DNA of 64,000 nt from Gemmatimonas sp. (lineage in GTDB: Bacteria; Gemmatimonadota; Gemmatimonadetes; Gemmatimonadales; Gemmatimonadaceae), in assembly GCA_965279375.1 (NCBI GenBank), contig OZ257156.1, positions 4,736,001-4,800,000 on the forward strand, in the 5' to 3' direction. Under the pieces are notes generated by a model. That model was not told where the DNA came from. It worked only from the letters and a program-made list of their open reading frames with translations, and ran no database searches. The translations under genes and the position numbers were made by a program. Position 1 is the first letter of the stretch; each line of letters opens with the position of its first letter. Below are positions 48,614 through 57,508 of the stretch, one piece after another.

Positions 48614-48630
48614 TGGCAAACGCCTTGCCA
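48614..48630 (-). promoter_or_regulatory. Sigma54 promoter of pilA copy 1
   Basis: Minus strand TGGCAAGGCGTTTGC (GG-N10-GC). Confidence 0.75.
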
Positions 48631-48717
48631 GACTCATCCATTGAGTACAACGCGTTAATTTACATACACTTACGATCGACAACGGCGAAAATATCCGGGA
48701 CGAACGGCATGTCGCTT

Positions 48718-48733
48718 TGCAATTCCTCTTGCA
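48718..48733. promoter_or_regulatory. Candidate PilR upstream activator site (copy 1)
   Basis: TGCA-N8-TGCA dyad beginning 88 nt from the -24 element. Confidence 0.5.
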
Positions 48734-48850
48734 GGATGCAATCCGCACCCACAGGGCTGGATCGGCACGCCACAAACGCAACGAGGGGCCGAGCTTTCGC
48801 TCGACCCCCCAAGCCCCGGCTCTGGAGAGCCGGGTGTGTTGCGATGGACC

Positions 48851-49228
48851 TTACTTGCAGGTCGCGCCGCCCGGCTCGCCTTCGGCCTGACCGGCCGGCG
48901 TGGCGCTGCCGACACCGATGGCGCAGGTGGAACCCGTCGCGTTGGCGTGCGTGGCCTGACCCGACCAGCCCGTCGCCGTGGCGGCGGTCACGCTGAGCGC
49001 AACGCCCGAGGAACCCGGCGGAGCCGTGAAGCCAGCGTACGTGTTGTTGTCCGAGAACCACGCTTCAGCGGCCGGAACGAGGTTCTTGAGGTCCGACTTC
49101 ATGGCCGTCACGTACGCCTTCTTCTTCGTGTCGGCGAACTTCGGAATCGCGATCGCGGCCAAGATGCCGATGATGACGACGACGATCAGGAGTTCGATGA
49201 GGGTAAAACCTTTGCGCGACTTCGACAT
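48851..49228 (-). CDS. pilA: Type IVa major pilin, copy 2
   Basis: MSKSRKG|FTLIELL with GGAG upstream; mature protein differs from copy 1 at two residues. Confidence 0.93.
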   Translation of the reverse strand: MSKSRKGFTLIELLIVVVIIGILAAIAIPKFADTKKKAYVTAMKSDLKNLVPAAEAWFSDNNTYAGFTAPPGSSGVALSVTAATATGWSGQATHANATGSTCAIGVGSATPAGQAEGEPGGATCK

Positions 49229-49297
49229 TGTATCTCTCCGAGAGGGGGGCTGACGTTCAGTCGGGTGAGTGCCGACTGACTCGACGCCACCGTGATT

Positions 49298-49313
49298 GGC
49301 AGATTGCACGCCA
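49298..49313 (-). promoter_or_regulatory. Sigma54 promoter of pilA copy 2
   Basis: Minus strand TGGCGTGCAATCTGC (GG-N10-GC). Confidence 0.6.
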
Positions 49314-49399
49314 CGCGGGCGGATTCAATCAAAGTCGTTGCAGCGTCATCACTTCCATCAAATCCTTGCGCCGCAACTCGGCGCATCGCTCACCGTGTA

Positions 49400-49417
49400 T
49401 TGCACGATGTCGTGCAA
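49400..49417. promoter_or_regulatory. Candidate PilR upstream activator site (copy 2)
   Basis: Perfect dyad TTGCACGA-TG-TCGTGCAA (TGCA-N8-TGCA core), core beginning 88 nt from the -24 element. Confidence 0.55.
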
Positions 49418-49448
49418 CATGCGCGGGTTCATCGGGAGCGTTGTTCGA

Positions 49449-49847
49449 CTACTGGCACACCGGTTCGCTCGTCGCGCTGCCACCGTAGCTCAATGTGCAG
49501 GTGATGCCGGGAACGTTTGCATGCGTTGCCGTAGCAGCCCAAGTCGTCACACCAACGGTGATGTTGAGCGTGACACCCGCTGATCCCTGCGGAGCAACCA
49601 CGTTCGCATAGCTGCCATCCATCGCATACTTCGACTCGGCGGTCGACGCGAGGTTGCGAAGATCCGCCTTCATGGCCGTGATGTACGCGCGCTCCTTGGA
49701 GGCGGTGTACTTGGTGATGGCGATCGTGGAGAGAATGCCAATGACGACGACGACCGCGAGGATCTCGATCAACGTGAACGCTGCGCGTCGTCGTTTGGCG
49801 CGGTTTCGTGCCGTCCGCGAGGGATGCTGCGACTCGACCTGCGTCAT
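49449..49847 (-). CDS. Divergent third pilin-like protein
   Basis: RRRAA|FTLIEILAVVVVIGIL and AYITAMKADLRNL similar to the pilA copies; ATG abuts the pilR stop. Confidence 0.85.
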   Translation of the reverse strand: MTQVESQHPSRTARNRAKRRRAAFTLIEILAVVVVIGILSTIAITKYTASKERAYITAMKADLRNLASTAESKYAMDGSYANVVAPQGSAGVTLNITVGVTTWAATATHANVPGITCTLSYGGSATSEPVCQ

Positions 49848-51233
49848 TCACGCCTCTCCGTATCGTACAAGTTTGCGATAGAGCGTCGAAGGATCGATGC
49901 CCAGCATTTCGGCGGCGCGGCTTTTGTTGCCACCTTCGTTTTGCAGCACCCACTGGATGTACGCGCGTTCGATCGCTTCGAGCGTTGGGCTCGTCGGTAC
50001 GCGCTCGGTCACCAGCGGCTCCGCGCGACGCTCCGTGATGCGTTCAGGCAGCGCGTCCTGGTGGATGACGGAACCTGCCGAGAGGATGACGGCGCGTTCG
50101 AGTGCGTTCTCGAGTTCGCGCACGTTGCCCGGCCACTGGTAGGCCATGAGGACATCGAGCGCGCCTTCGGAAAGTTGCTTGGGAGCGCCGCCGCGCAACG
50201 TGGCGGAGCGCTCGAGGAATGTTTCCGCGAGCAGCGGGATGTCTTCGCGGCGCTGTCGCAGCGGCGGCAGGTGCACCGCGATCACATTGAGGCGATAGAA
50301 GAGGTCTGCGCGGAAGCTGCCGCGCTTGATCTCCTCCTCAAGGTTTCGATTGGTCGCCGCAATCACGCGAGCGTCCACCGGCTGCGATTCCGTCGCACCG
50401 ACGGGAATGATTTCACGCTGTTGCAAGACGCGCAGCAGTTTCACTTGCGTGGACGCCGTCGTCTCGCCGATTTCGTCGAGAAAGAACGTGCCGCTCTGCG
50501 CGGCGGCAAAGAGACCCTGCTTGTCCTTGACCGCGCCCGTGAAGCTGCCCTTCACGTGACCGAACAGTTCGCTCTCGAGCAGCGACTCGGGCAGCGCACC
50601 GCAGTTGATCGACAGAAAGCTGTGATCTGCGCGTGACGACAGATCGTGCACGTATCTCGCGATGACTTCCTTACCCGTGCCCGATTCGCCAGTGATCAGG
50701 ACGGTGGAGTCCGTCGGCGCCACCGTTTCCGCGAGGCGCAGCACATCCAACCAGCTGCGACTGTTGCCAACCGGTCTCCCCGTTGTATTCCTCTCGCGTC
50801 GCTTGATCTCCTGCTTGAGCACCTGATTCTCTGCACGCAGCTTCCGATGCTCCGCGGCGCGGCGAAGAATTGCCAGCAGCTCGTCGTTGCGAAACGGTTT
50901 CTGGATGTAGTAGAACGCGCCTTCGTTGACCGCCTGAATGGCCGATTGCAACGTTGCTTGCGCGGTCATCAGAATGACGGGGATCTCCGGGTCCACCGAT
51001 CGCGCTGTGCTGAGCACCTGCACGCCACCGATGTCAGGCATGCGCACATCGGTGATGACGATGTCGGGACGCAGCTCGTTGATGCGCTCGACGCCCTGCT
51101 TTCCGCCGTGCGCGGTAAACGGGATGAATCCTTCGCCCTTGAGCAGGATGCGCAGCGAGTCAAGAATTCCGACTTCGTCGTCCACGATCAGGACGCGCGG
51201 CGCGGTCTCGCTCGGTGAGGCAGTGGCAATCAT
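49848..51233 (-). CDS. pilR: Sigma54-dependent response regulator, PilR-like
   Basis: Intact receiver (IVDDE, TDVRMP, QKPF), [14 protein letters not shown] and HTH; next to the pilins. Confidence 0.85.
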   Translation of the reverse strand: MIATASPSETAPRVLIVDDEVGILDSLRILLKGEGFIPFTAHGGKQGVERINELRPDIVITDVRMPDIGGVQVLSTARSVDPEIPVILMTAQATLQSAIQAVNEGAFYYIQKPFRNDELLAILRRAAEHRKLRAENQVLKQEIKRRERNTTGRPVGNSRSWLDVLRLAETVAPTDSTVLITGESGTGKEVIARYVHDLSSRADHSFLSINCGALPESLLESELFGHVKGSFTGAVKDKQGLFAAAQSGTFFLDEIGETTASTQVKLLRVLQQREIIPVGATESQPVDARVIAATNRNLEEEIKRGSFRADLFYRLNVIAVHLPPLRQRREDIPLLAETFLERSATLRGGAPKQLSEGALDVLMAYQWPGNVRELENALERAVILSAGSVIHQDALPERITERRAEPLVTERVPTSPTLEAIERAYIQWVLQNEGGNKSRAAEMLGIDPSTLYRKLVRYGEA

Positions 51234-53056
51234 GGCGCAGCTCCAATGGTTCGCGGTGCGACCGCCGGCAACGGCGGTGCATGTTTCGAGAAGATCGACG
51301 GTACGTCCGCGTCGGATTCGAGATGATCGTCCTGTGCATCGACGTGCTCGTGCGGCGCGCGCGAGACTTCCACCCGCGCGGAGACCGGCAGCACGATCGT
51401 GAATCGCGATCCACTCGGCAGGACATCCACGAGGATCGTGCCCTGATGCGCTTCGATCGCGCGATGCACTACGGGAAGTCCGAGTCCAGTGCCCCCGACT
51501 CGCCCACTCACGAACGGTTCGAAGAGGCGTTCACGGAGATCGGCCGGAATTCCGGGCCCATCGTCCTCCACCGAGATCGACACGTGCTCGCCGACGATGT
51601 TGCTCACGCTGCTGTTGGCGAGCGAGTTGGATAGCGAAGTTCCAGCACCGGCGCTCTTGGCTGCGCCGGCGAGGTACCGTTGCACCCGAACATCCACGCG
51701 CCCCGCCGAGCCGACCGCCTGCACAGCGTTGAGCACGAGATTGAAGACAGCGCGGTGCAGCAGGTCTTCGTCGCCATCTACCATCGGCAGATCCGGCTCA
51801 ACGGTGACCTGTACGTGCACAGCGTCCGCGCGATCAGGGTGCGTACTGGCCACCAGCACTGCCGCGCGCGCGAGCTCACCCAGATCCAGCGTCTCGACAC
51901 GCGTAACGCGAGCGCGCGCGAAATCGAGAAAGTCCGCCAGCAGCCGGCTGAGTCGATCAGTCTCGCGCATGACCAGGCCAAACAACACGCGCTCGTCGTC
52001 GTCGGGCTCGCTGTGCAACGCCTCGAGACCGCGCCGACGCGCCAGCTGCTCCGTCGCGCTGCGAATGGACGCCAACGGATTGCGAATCTCGTGCGCGAGC
52101 GACGCGCTCAGCTCCGCGACGGCCTGCAATCGCTCAGCACGCACGTGCAACGACTGCACACGCTTGCTGTCGGAGATATCCTGAAAGATCGCGGTCGCGG
52201 AGGTACCACCATCCGGACGCGTGCCTTCGGCGACGGTCGTGGTGACGCCAATTTCGATGTCCACGCCATCGCGTCGAATCACTCCCTCGGCGCGCGTCGT
52301 GCGCACTCCGTCGCGCGATGACTGCTCCAGCAATCGGGCGAGCTGCGGTGCCACGCCCGCAAGCGTTTGCGCCAGCGGACGTCCGACGAACTGCCGCAGG
52401 TTGATGCCCAACAGATCGGTTGCGGCGGGATTGGCGTAGACCAGAAGTCCGGCGCTGTCCACCGTGATGATGCCCGAGCGGATCGTGCGCAGAATGTCCG
52501 CGGCTTCGAGCTGCACCTTGACAAGCTGCGCGGCAAGCGCATCCTGCCCCATGCCAGCCTGGCGCAATCGCAGCGCCACAAGCCCGGATCCCACCGCCAC
52601 CACGATGAACACACCGATCTGCACGACCATGCCGATGGGCGACTCCGCTGGACGCAGCAACCCCACGTCCACGGCGTAAAGCAGACACGCGCCGCCCGCC
52701 ACGGCGAGACCGCCGCGGAACGGCAGCAGCAGCGCGCCGCTGGCGATCACGAGAATGTAGAGCGCGGCGAACTGCGAGCTCCAGCCGCCGGTGATGTGCA
52801 CGACCGCTGTGACCAGTGCGAGGTCCACCGCGCACTGCAGTCCATAGAAGGCATACCCCCGCGGGGAGCGACGGACTTCTCCGAACATCGCGGAGGCAAC
52901 CGTCGTCAGGACGGCGACGGCGAAGGCCAGCGTGGCGACCAGTGTGTCAGTCGGGTCCGCCCGGTTCCAGACGAAGACTGCCGCCAGCAGGATGGCACAG
53001 GCCAGCACGACACGGCCAAGCCAGACCCAGCGCAGCACCCGGCGCGGGTCCAGCAT
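51230..53056 (-). CDS. pilS: Sensor histidine kinase, PilS-like (multi-TM + PAS)
   Basis: About six TMs with ITGGWSSQF, a PAS domain, AHEIRNPL, DDGPG and GTGLGL. Confidence 0.85.
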   Translation of the reverse strand: MLDPRRVLRWVWLGRVVLACAILLAAVFVWNRADPTDTLVATLAFAVAVLTTVASAMFGEVRRSPRGYAFYGLQCAVDLALVTAVVHITGGWSSQFAALYILVIASGALLLPFRGGLAVAGGACLLYAVDVGLLRPAESPIGMVVQIGVFIVVAVGSGLVALRLRQAGMGQDALAAQLVKVQLEAADILRTIRSGIITVDSAGLLVYANPAATDLLGINLRQFVGRPLAQTLAGVAPQLARLLEQSSRDGVRTTRAEGVIRRDGVDIEIGVTTTVAEGTRPDGGTSATAIFQDISDSKRVQSLHVRAERLQAVAELSASLAHEIRNPLASIRSATEQLARRRGLEALHSEPDDDERVLFGLVMRETDRLSRLLADFLDFARARVTRVETLDLGELARAAVLVASTHPDRADAVHVQVTVEPDLPMVDGDEDLLHRAVFNLVLNAVQAVGSAGRVDVRVQRYLAGAAKSAGAGTSLSNSLANSSVSNIVGEHVSISVEDDGPGIPADLRERLFEPFVSGRVGGTGLGLPVVHRAIEAHQGTILVDVLPSGSRFTIVLPVSARVEVSRAPHEHVDAQDDHLESDADVPSIFSKHAPPLPAVAPRTIGAAP

Positions 53057-53235
53057 GGCATGCACGGCGACTTGCGGGTACGCTGGTGTGTAACGCACGG
53101 CAATGGCTGGGGGACACGACACGACCCGCCGGCCAGACCGGAGGGGCTCGCAGAATGCAAGAGGCGCGGATCGCCCGCCGGTCTTGCAGATTGCAGTACC
53201 ATGACGACCGACCTGCCCGTCCGTTTCCCTTTGTG

Positions 53236-54588
53236 ATGATTGTCGACCCTGCTGTGATAGCCGCGCCCGAGCTCACGTTCAGTAGCGCGACCCTGCGCCT
53301 CCTGGCGGTTCTCCTGCTCGTGCTGCTGAATGCGTTCTTCGTGGCGGCGGAATTCGCGCTCGTGGCCGTGCGGCGGAGCCGCATCGACCAGATGGCGGCC
53401 GAGGGAGACCGCAGCGCGCTCGTGGTCCAGCGCGCGCTCAAGCAGCTCGACCGCTACATCTCCGGCACGCAGCTTGGCATCACCCTCGCCTCGCTGGCGC
53501 TCGGTTGGATCGGCGAACCGGCGGTGGCGGCGCTGGTGGATCGGGTGCTTCATGTGGCCGGCATCGAGCCGTCTCCTGGCGCGCTGCACACCGGGGCCGG
53601 CATCGCCGTGGCGTTTGCGGTCATCACCTTTCTGCACATCGTACTCGGCGAACTGGCCCCCAAGTCCATCGCGCTGGCCAAGCCGGAGGACGTCAGCCGA
53701 CTCGTGGTGCGGCCGCTGATACTCTTCTCGCGGGTGATGTCACCGTTCATCAACATGCTCAACGGCACCGCGAATGCCCTGCTCCGGCTGCTGGGGATTC
53801 AGCCCACGTCGGAAAGCGGCCATGTGCATTCGCCGGAGGAGCTTCGCCTGCTCGTGATGCAGGCGCGCGCGCACGGCACGCTCGACGAGTCCGACTCGGC
53901 GATGTTGGCCGGTGTGTTCGACTTTCACAACAAGAAGGCGCTCGACGTGATGCGCCCGCGCACCGACATGGTCGCGATTCCGGAAGACGTGGAGCTCGAG
54001 GAGCTGGTGCAGACGCTTCGTCGCGAGCGCTACTCCCGGTATCCGGTGTACCGCGAGACGCCGGACGACATCGTCGGCGTGTTCCTGGCCAAGGACTATT
54101 GGCTGCTGGAGGATCCGGCGTCGTTCGTTCTGGCGGAGCATCTGCGAGAACCGCTGTTCGTGCCGGCAACGCGGGCCGCCGAACGCGTGCTCGATGACTT
54201 GCGTCGCACGCGAGCGCACCTGGCGGTGGTGCTCGACGAGTACGGCGGGACAGCGGGCATCGTGACGATGGAGGATCTCGTCGAGGAAGTGGTGGGCGAC
54301 ATCGCTGACGAGTACGACCCGCTCTCGCGCGACGCGCTGCTTTTTGATGGCGTGCTGGAGCTGGCCGGTTCGATGTCATTGGTAGACGTGCGCTCCGATC
54401 ACAAGCTGCCCATTCCAGAAGGCGACTGGTCTACGCTTGGCGGATATGCGTTCGCGATGTTGGGGCGCTTGCCGCGCGTCGGGGATCGCGTGAGCTACAG
54501 CGAAGGCGAGCTGGAAGTGGTGGCGATGGATGGTCGCCGTGTGGCGGCGCTGCGCGTGCACCGCCGTCCGGAACCCAGCACGACGTGA
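53236..54588 (+). CDS. CNNM/hemolysin-C family protein (DUF21 + CBS pair + CorC domain)
   Basis: NAFFVAAEFAL, QLGITLASL, GELAPK, YSRYPVY and DEYGGTAG motifs. Confidence 0.92.
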   Translation: MIVDPAVIAAPELTFSSATLRLLAVLLLVLLNAFFVAAEFALVAVRRSRIDQMAAEGDRSALVVQRALKQLDRYISGTQLGITLASLALGWIGEPAVAALVDRVLHVAGIEPSPGALHTGAGIAVAFAVITFLHIVLGELAPKSIALAKPEDVSRLVVRPLILFSRVMSPFINMLNGTANALLRLLGIQPTSESGHVHSPEELRLLVMQARAHGTLDESDSAMLAGVFDFHNKKALDVMRPRTDMVAIPEDVELEELVQTLRRERYSRYPVYRETPDDIVGVFLAKDYWLLEDPASFVLAEHLREPLFVPATRAAERVLDDLRRTRAHLAVVLDEYGGTAGIVTMEDLVEEVVGDIADEYDPLSRDALLFDGVLELAGSMSLVDVRSDHKLPIPEGDWSTLGGYAFAMLGRLPRVGDRVSYSEGELEVVAMDGRRVAALRVHRRPEPSTT

Positions 54589-55460
54589 CGTCGTTTCCCG
54601 ACATGCCTACACCTCCCGTCGTTCGTTCCTTCGGCCGTTGCGCGTCGCTGCGCCCCATCGTGCGTCGCGCTTCCGTCTGGGGGACGCTCCTCCTTGCCCT
54701 TGCCTCGCCTGCGCTGGCTTGCACCGTCAGCGGCGACGCTTCGCGCGATGCGCAGACAGGTGGCGTGGCCGGCGCACAGGACTCCATTCGCCCCGCTGCG
54801 CCGCCGGGGGAAGCCGCGACATCGTTTCCCGCACCGTCGCGACGCATTGCGGATATCGTCGCGCCGCGTTGGACCAACGAGGACGCGCGCGACAGCGATG
54901 GCGAGTTCGAGCGCGTTGCCAAGCTCTCCAAGGTTCGCGCCGGACAGCGCGTTGCGGACATCGGCGCGGGCGACGGCTACTACGTCACGCGCCTCGCACC
55001 CATCGTTGGCGCGACTGGGCGCGTGTTCGGCAACGACATCATCGACGACTATCTCGTGCTGCTCAGCAACCGCGTGCAACGTGAGAAGCTGGCCAATGTG
55101 CAGGTCGTGCGCGGCGACCCGCATGATCCTCGGCTTCCGGCTGCCGACGTGGACATCGCCTACATGATTCACATGTACCACGAGATCGAGCAGCCCTTTG
55201 GCCTGTTGTGGAATCTCGCGACGTCCATGAAGCCCGGCGGGCGACTCGTCATTCTCGATCTCGAGCGGCCGACCTTTGCCCATGGTACGCCCCCGGCGCT
55301 GTTGCGCTGTGAGCTGCGCGCCGTGGGCTATCGCGAAGTGACGTTCACCCGGACGGGAGACGAGGAGTACGTCGCGATTTTCGAGGCCCCGTCAGCGAGT
55401 GCCCGACCGACTCCGGCCGCAATTCGCACCGCGCTGCAGTCCAAACCCTGCCGCGCCTGA
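54585..55460 (+). CDS. Class I SAM-dependent methyltransferase-fold protein with lipoprotein-like signal
   Basis: VADIGAGDGYY and MKPGGRLVILD motifs; hydrophobic LLLALASPALA-C near the N-terminus. Confidence 0.8.
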   Translation: MTSFPDMPTPPVVRSFGRCASLRPIVRRASVWGTLLLALASPALACTVSGDASRDAQTGGVAGAQDSIRPAAPPGEAATSFPAPSRRIADIVAPRWTNEDARDSDGEFERVAKLSKVRAGQRVADIGAGDGYYVTRLAPIVGATGRVFGNDIIDDYLVLLSNRVQREKLANVQVVRGDPHDPRLPAADVDIAYMIHMYHEIEQPFGLLWNLATSMKPGGRLVILDLERPTFAHGTPPALLRCELRAVGYREVTFTRTGDEEYVAIFEAPSASARPTPAAIRTALQSKPCRA

Positions 55461-55490
55461 TCGACTCATGAACCTCGAGGGAGCGCGCCA

Positions 55491-55958
55491 GTGAGCGACG
55501 AACCACACGACGAGTCGCTGTTGCCTCCAGAGCCCGAGTCGCTGGAAGTCACGCGTACGGTGCGCATTCCCGTGGCAGAGCTCGAGCTGCGTGCGATCAC
55601 CGGAAGCGGTCCTGGCGGACAGCACGTCAATCGCAGCGCCACTCGTGTTGCGCTTCGCTGGAATGTGCGCGCGAGTCGCGCGCTCTCAGATGAACAGCGG
55701 GCGCGCGTGCTGGGCAAGCTGGCATCGCGTCTGGACGGCGACGGTGCGTTGCGCATCGTGGCGGGGGAGTACCGTAGCCAGCAGCAGAACCGGCGCGCGG
55801 CCCTCGAGCGGCTGGTCGGCATCGTGGAGCGGGCGCTCGTCGTGCAGAAGTCGCGCAAAGCAACGAAGCCGACGCGCGGGTCTATCGAGCGCCGGCTCAC
55901 CGACAAACGTCAACGTGCGGATACCAAGCGTGGGCGCCGCAAGGACGCCCACGACTAG
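55491..55958 (+). CDS. arfB: Alternative ribosome-rescue peptidyl-tRNA hydrolase
   Basis: GSGPGGQHVN, RSQQQNR and basic tail RKATKPTRGSIERRL. Confidence 0.93.
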   Translation: MSDEPHDESLLPPEPESLEVTRTVRIPVAELELRAITGSGPGGQHVNRSATRVALRWNVRASRALSDEQRARVLGKLASRLDGDGALRIVAGEYRSQQQNRRAALERLVGIVERALVVQKSRKATKPTRGSIERRLTDKRQRADTKRGRRKDAHD

Positions 55959-55978
55959 ATCAGCTCCCGGTCACGGCG

Positions 55979-56713
55979 TCAGTACACGACGACGTTCGCG
56001 CCCAGAAAGTACGTCACGAAATCAGCGCGACCGCGCAGTGGCACCGGATCTCGATTGTTCTGGAACGCATCCCGCACTCGCTGATCGTTCAGGTAGCGCA
56101 CATCATCGTGGCGCAAAAAGCGAGCGCCAAGATCGATACGTACCGGTCTGCTGCCGTTGTAGACGCGAAGCGTGCTGCCCACCGCGCCGCCGTAGGCAAG
56201 CACGGCGTCGCTGCTGTTGGTAGTGCGGGCAAAGGGCGTATTGTCGCTCTGCGTCCCTTCGACGGAACTCTCCGTCCAGAACACCGACATGCCGCCCAGC
56301 GCCGCGACGTAGGGAGCAACGGGTCCATTGCCGAACTGAAGCTGCGGTCCGGTGACCAGCGAGAAAATGTTGTTCGAGGTGCGGAGGTCGAGCTTGACGA
56401 GCCCACCGGTGCCGGCGAGCGGAATTCGGCGCGTCTCGTTGCCGTAGTTCAGAACGCCGAGATCGACGCGCCAGTTGGCAATGGACTGTGGATCGAGGCG
56501 CCAGATCATCGAGGCACCGACGCCGAAGCCGTTGCCGGTGTTCTGCCCGAAATCACCGCGTGGTTCAGTGACGAGGAAGTGCGCCGCTCCGGAGAATCGG
56601 CCAGTGAGTGCACGCGGCGTCGAGGCCTGTGCGGAGAGCGAGTGCGTGGCCACGAGGCACGCGAGAGTCGGCACGCTTAGTCGAGCGGCCCGTGACAGGA
56701 ATGCGGCGAGCAT
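55979..56713 (-). CDS. Outer-membrane beta-barrel protein
   Basis: Signal peptide (SLSA-Q), alternating beta strands and a terminal aromatic residue. Confidence 0.7.
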   Translation of the reverse strand: MLAAFLSRAARLSVPTLACLVATHSLSAQASTPRALTGRFSGAAHFLVTEPRGDFGQNTGNGFGVGASMIWRLDPQSIANWRVDLGVLNYGNETRRIPLAGTGGLVKLDLRTSNNIFSLVTGPQLQFGNGPVAPYVAALGGMSVFWTESSVEGTQSDNTPFARTTNSSDAVLAYGGAVGSTLRVYNGSRPVRIDLGARFLRHDDVRYLNDQRVRDAFQNNRDPVPLRGRADFVTYFLGANVVVY

Positions 56714-56919
56714 GGGAATGGGGCTGATTGTGCAATCGGCGACGCAGCTCGCGTGGACTTCCGTCGCGAGTGGTCGATACTGGCTTTCGTACGCCAGTTC
56801 GTGCCAAAAGTGTCACGGCGTCGAGTCCTGCTATTCGCACGGATCGGTGGCGCTTTATGCTAAGATTGCGGCCCGGACTTGAATCCCGAGTGATACGGTC
56901 GCAATCATTCGCCTCGCTC

Positions 56920-57336
56920 ATGCTCACGCTGCCCGTCTCCCGACTTGCCCGCACGATTTCGCTCGCGCTCAGCGCGGGGTTTTTGTGGTGCGCGCTCGTT
57001 GGGTTGTCCGAACCGAGGTTGTCGGCGGCGGTCGGCACCGCGGGCGTAGCGCAGCTGGCGGGTCACGGCCCTGATGTGGTGCTGCAGCACGTGCTGCGCG
57101 CGGATGACGGTGAAGACGCGTCCGGCACACAGCGGAGTTGGCGCCGCTCGTCGACACGGCGCACGTTACGATCGATTGCGGCACGCGTTCTGGTGTCCGC
57201 GTTGCCCGGGAACCCGCTGCCGTCGGTGTCGTATCCCGGCGGGGGCGTGTGCGTACGAAATAGGCTCGCGCGTCGTGGCGCGGTCGCGCTGCGCCTGCTG
57301 AGCGCGCCGACTCGCGCACCGCCCAGCCTCGCATAG
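56920..57336 (+). CDS. Putative regulatory uORF with hydrophobic N-terminus and C-terminal RAPP arrest-type motif
   Basis: MLTLPVSRLARTISLALSAGFLWCALVGL ... LLSAPTRAPPSLA*; directly upstream of the exporter operon. Start uncertain (alternative ATG at 56857). Confidence 0.6.
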   Translation: MLTLPVSRLARTISLALSAGFLWCALVGLSEPRLSAAVGTAGVAQLAGHGPDVVLQHVLRADDGEDASGTQRSWRRSSTRRTLRSIAARVLVSALPGNPLPSVSYPGGGVCVRNRLARRGAVALRLLSAPTRAPPSLA

Positions 57337-57411
57337 CATTTCGACGTCCGTCTCGTGTCGCGTGCACCCCCGGGTGCGCTGCGCGCGGTGCCACGTCGAG
57401 TAGCGTCGTTG

Positions 57412-57440
57412 GACATGTGACGCCGTCGCATGTCGTTTAT
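57412..57440 (+). terminator. Hairpin with short T-rich tail between the uORF and the ABC gene
   Basis: GACATGTGAC-GCC-GTCGCATGTC (one G-U pair) followed by GTTTAT. Confidence 0.4.
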
Positions 57441-57508
57441 CCTCGTGCTTCAGCTGTGCGGTCTCGACGCGCCGATGCGCGTCGCCGTTCACCCTACTTG
57501 CATACGCT

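Larger units (their letters stand above)
48100..49228. repeat. Direct duplication of pilA plus its 3' UTR (48100-48543 and 48785-49228, offset 685 nt)
   Basis: Coding sequence and about 65 nt of downstream double hairpin align without gaps at a constant offset. Confidence 0.95.

Noticed and set aside
48166..49228. Diversity-generating retroelement or silent pilin cassette
   Set aside because: No reverse transcriptase, differences are not adenine-specific, and both copies are full-length with their own promoter elements.
55491..55958. Functional link between arfB and the nearby RAPP uORF
   Set aside because: They are separated by an opposite-strand gene; proximity alone is not evidence.
56791..56806. 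Sigma54 promoter (TGGCACG) for the beta-barrel gene
   Set aside because: GG-to-GC spacing is 9 nt, not the required 10.
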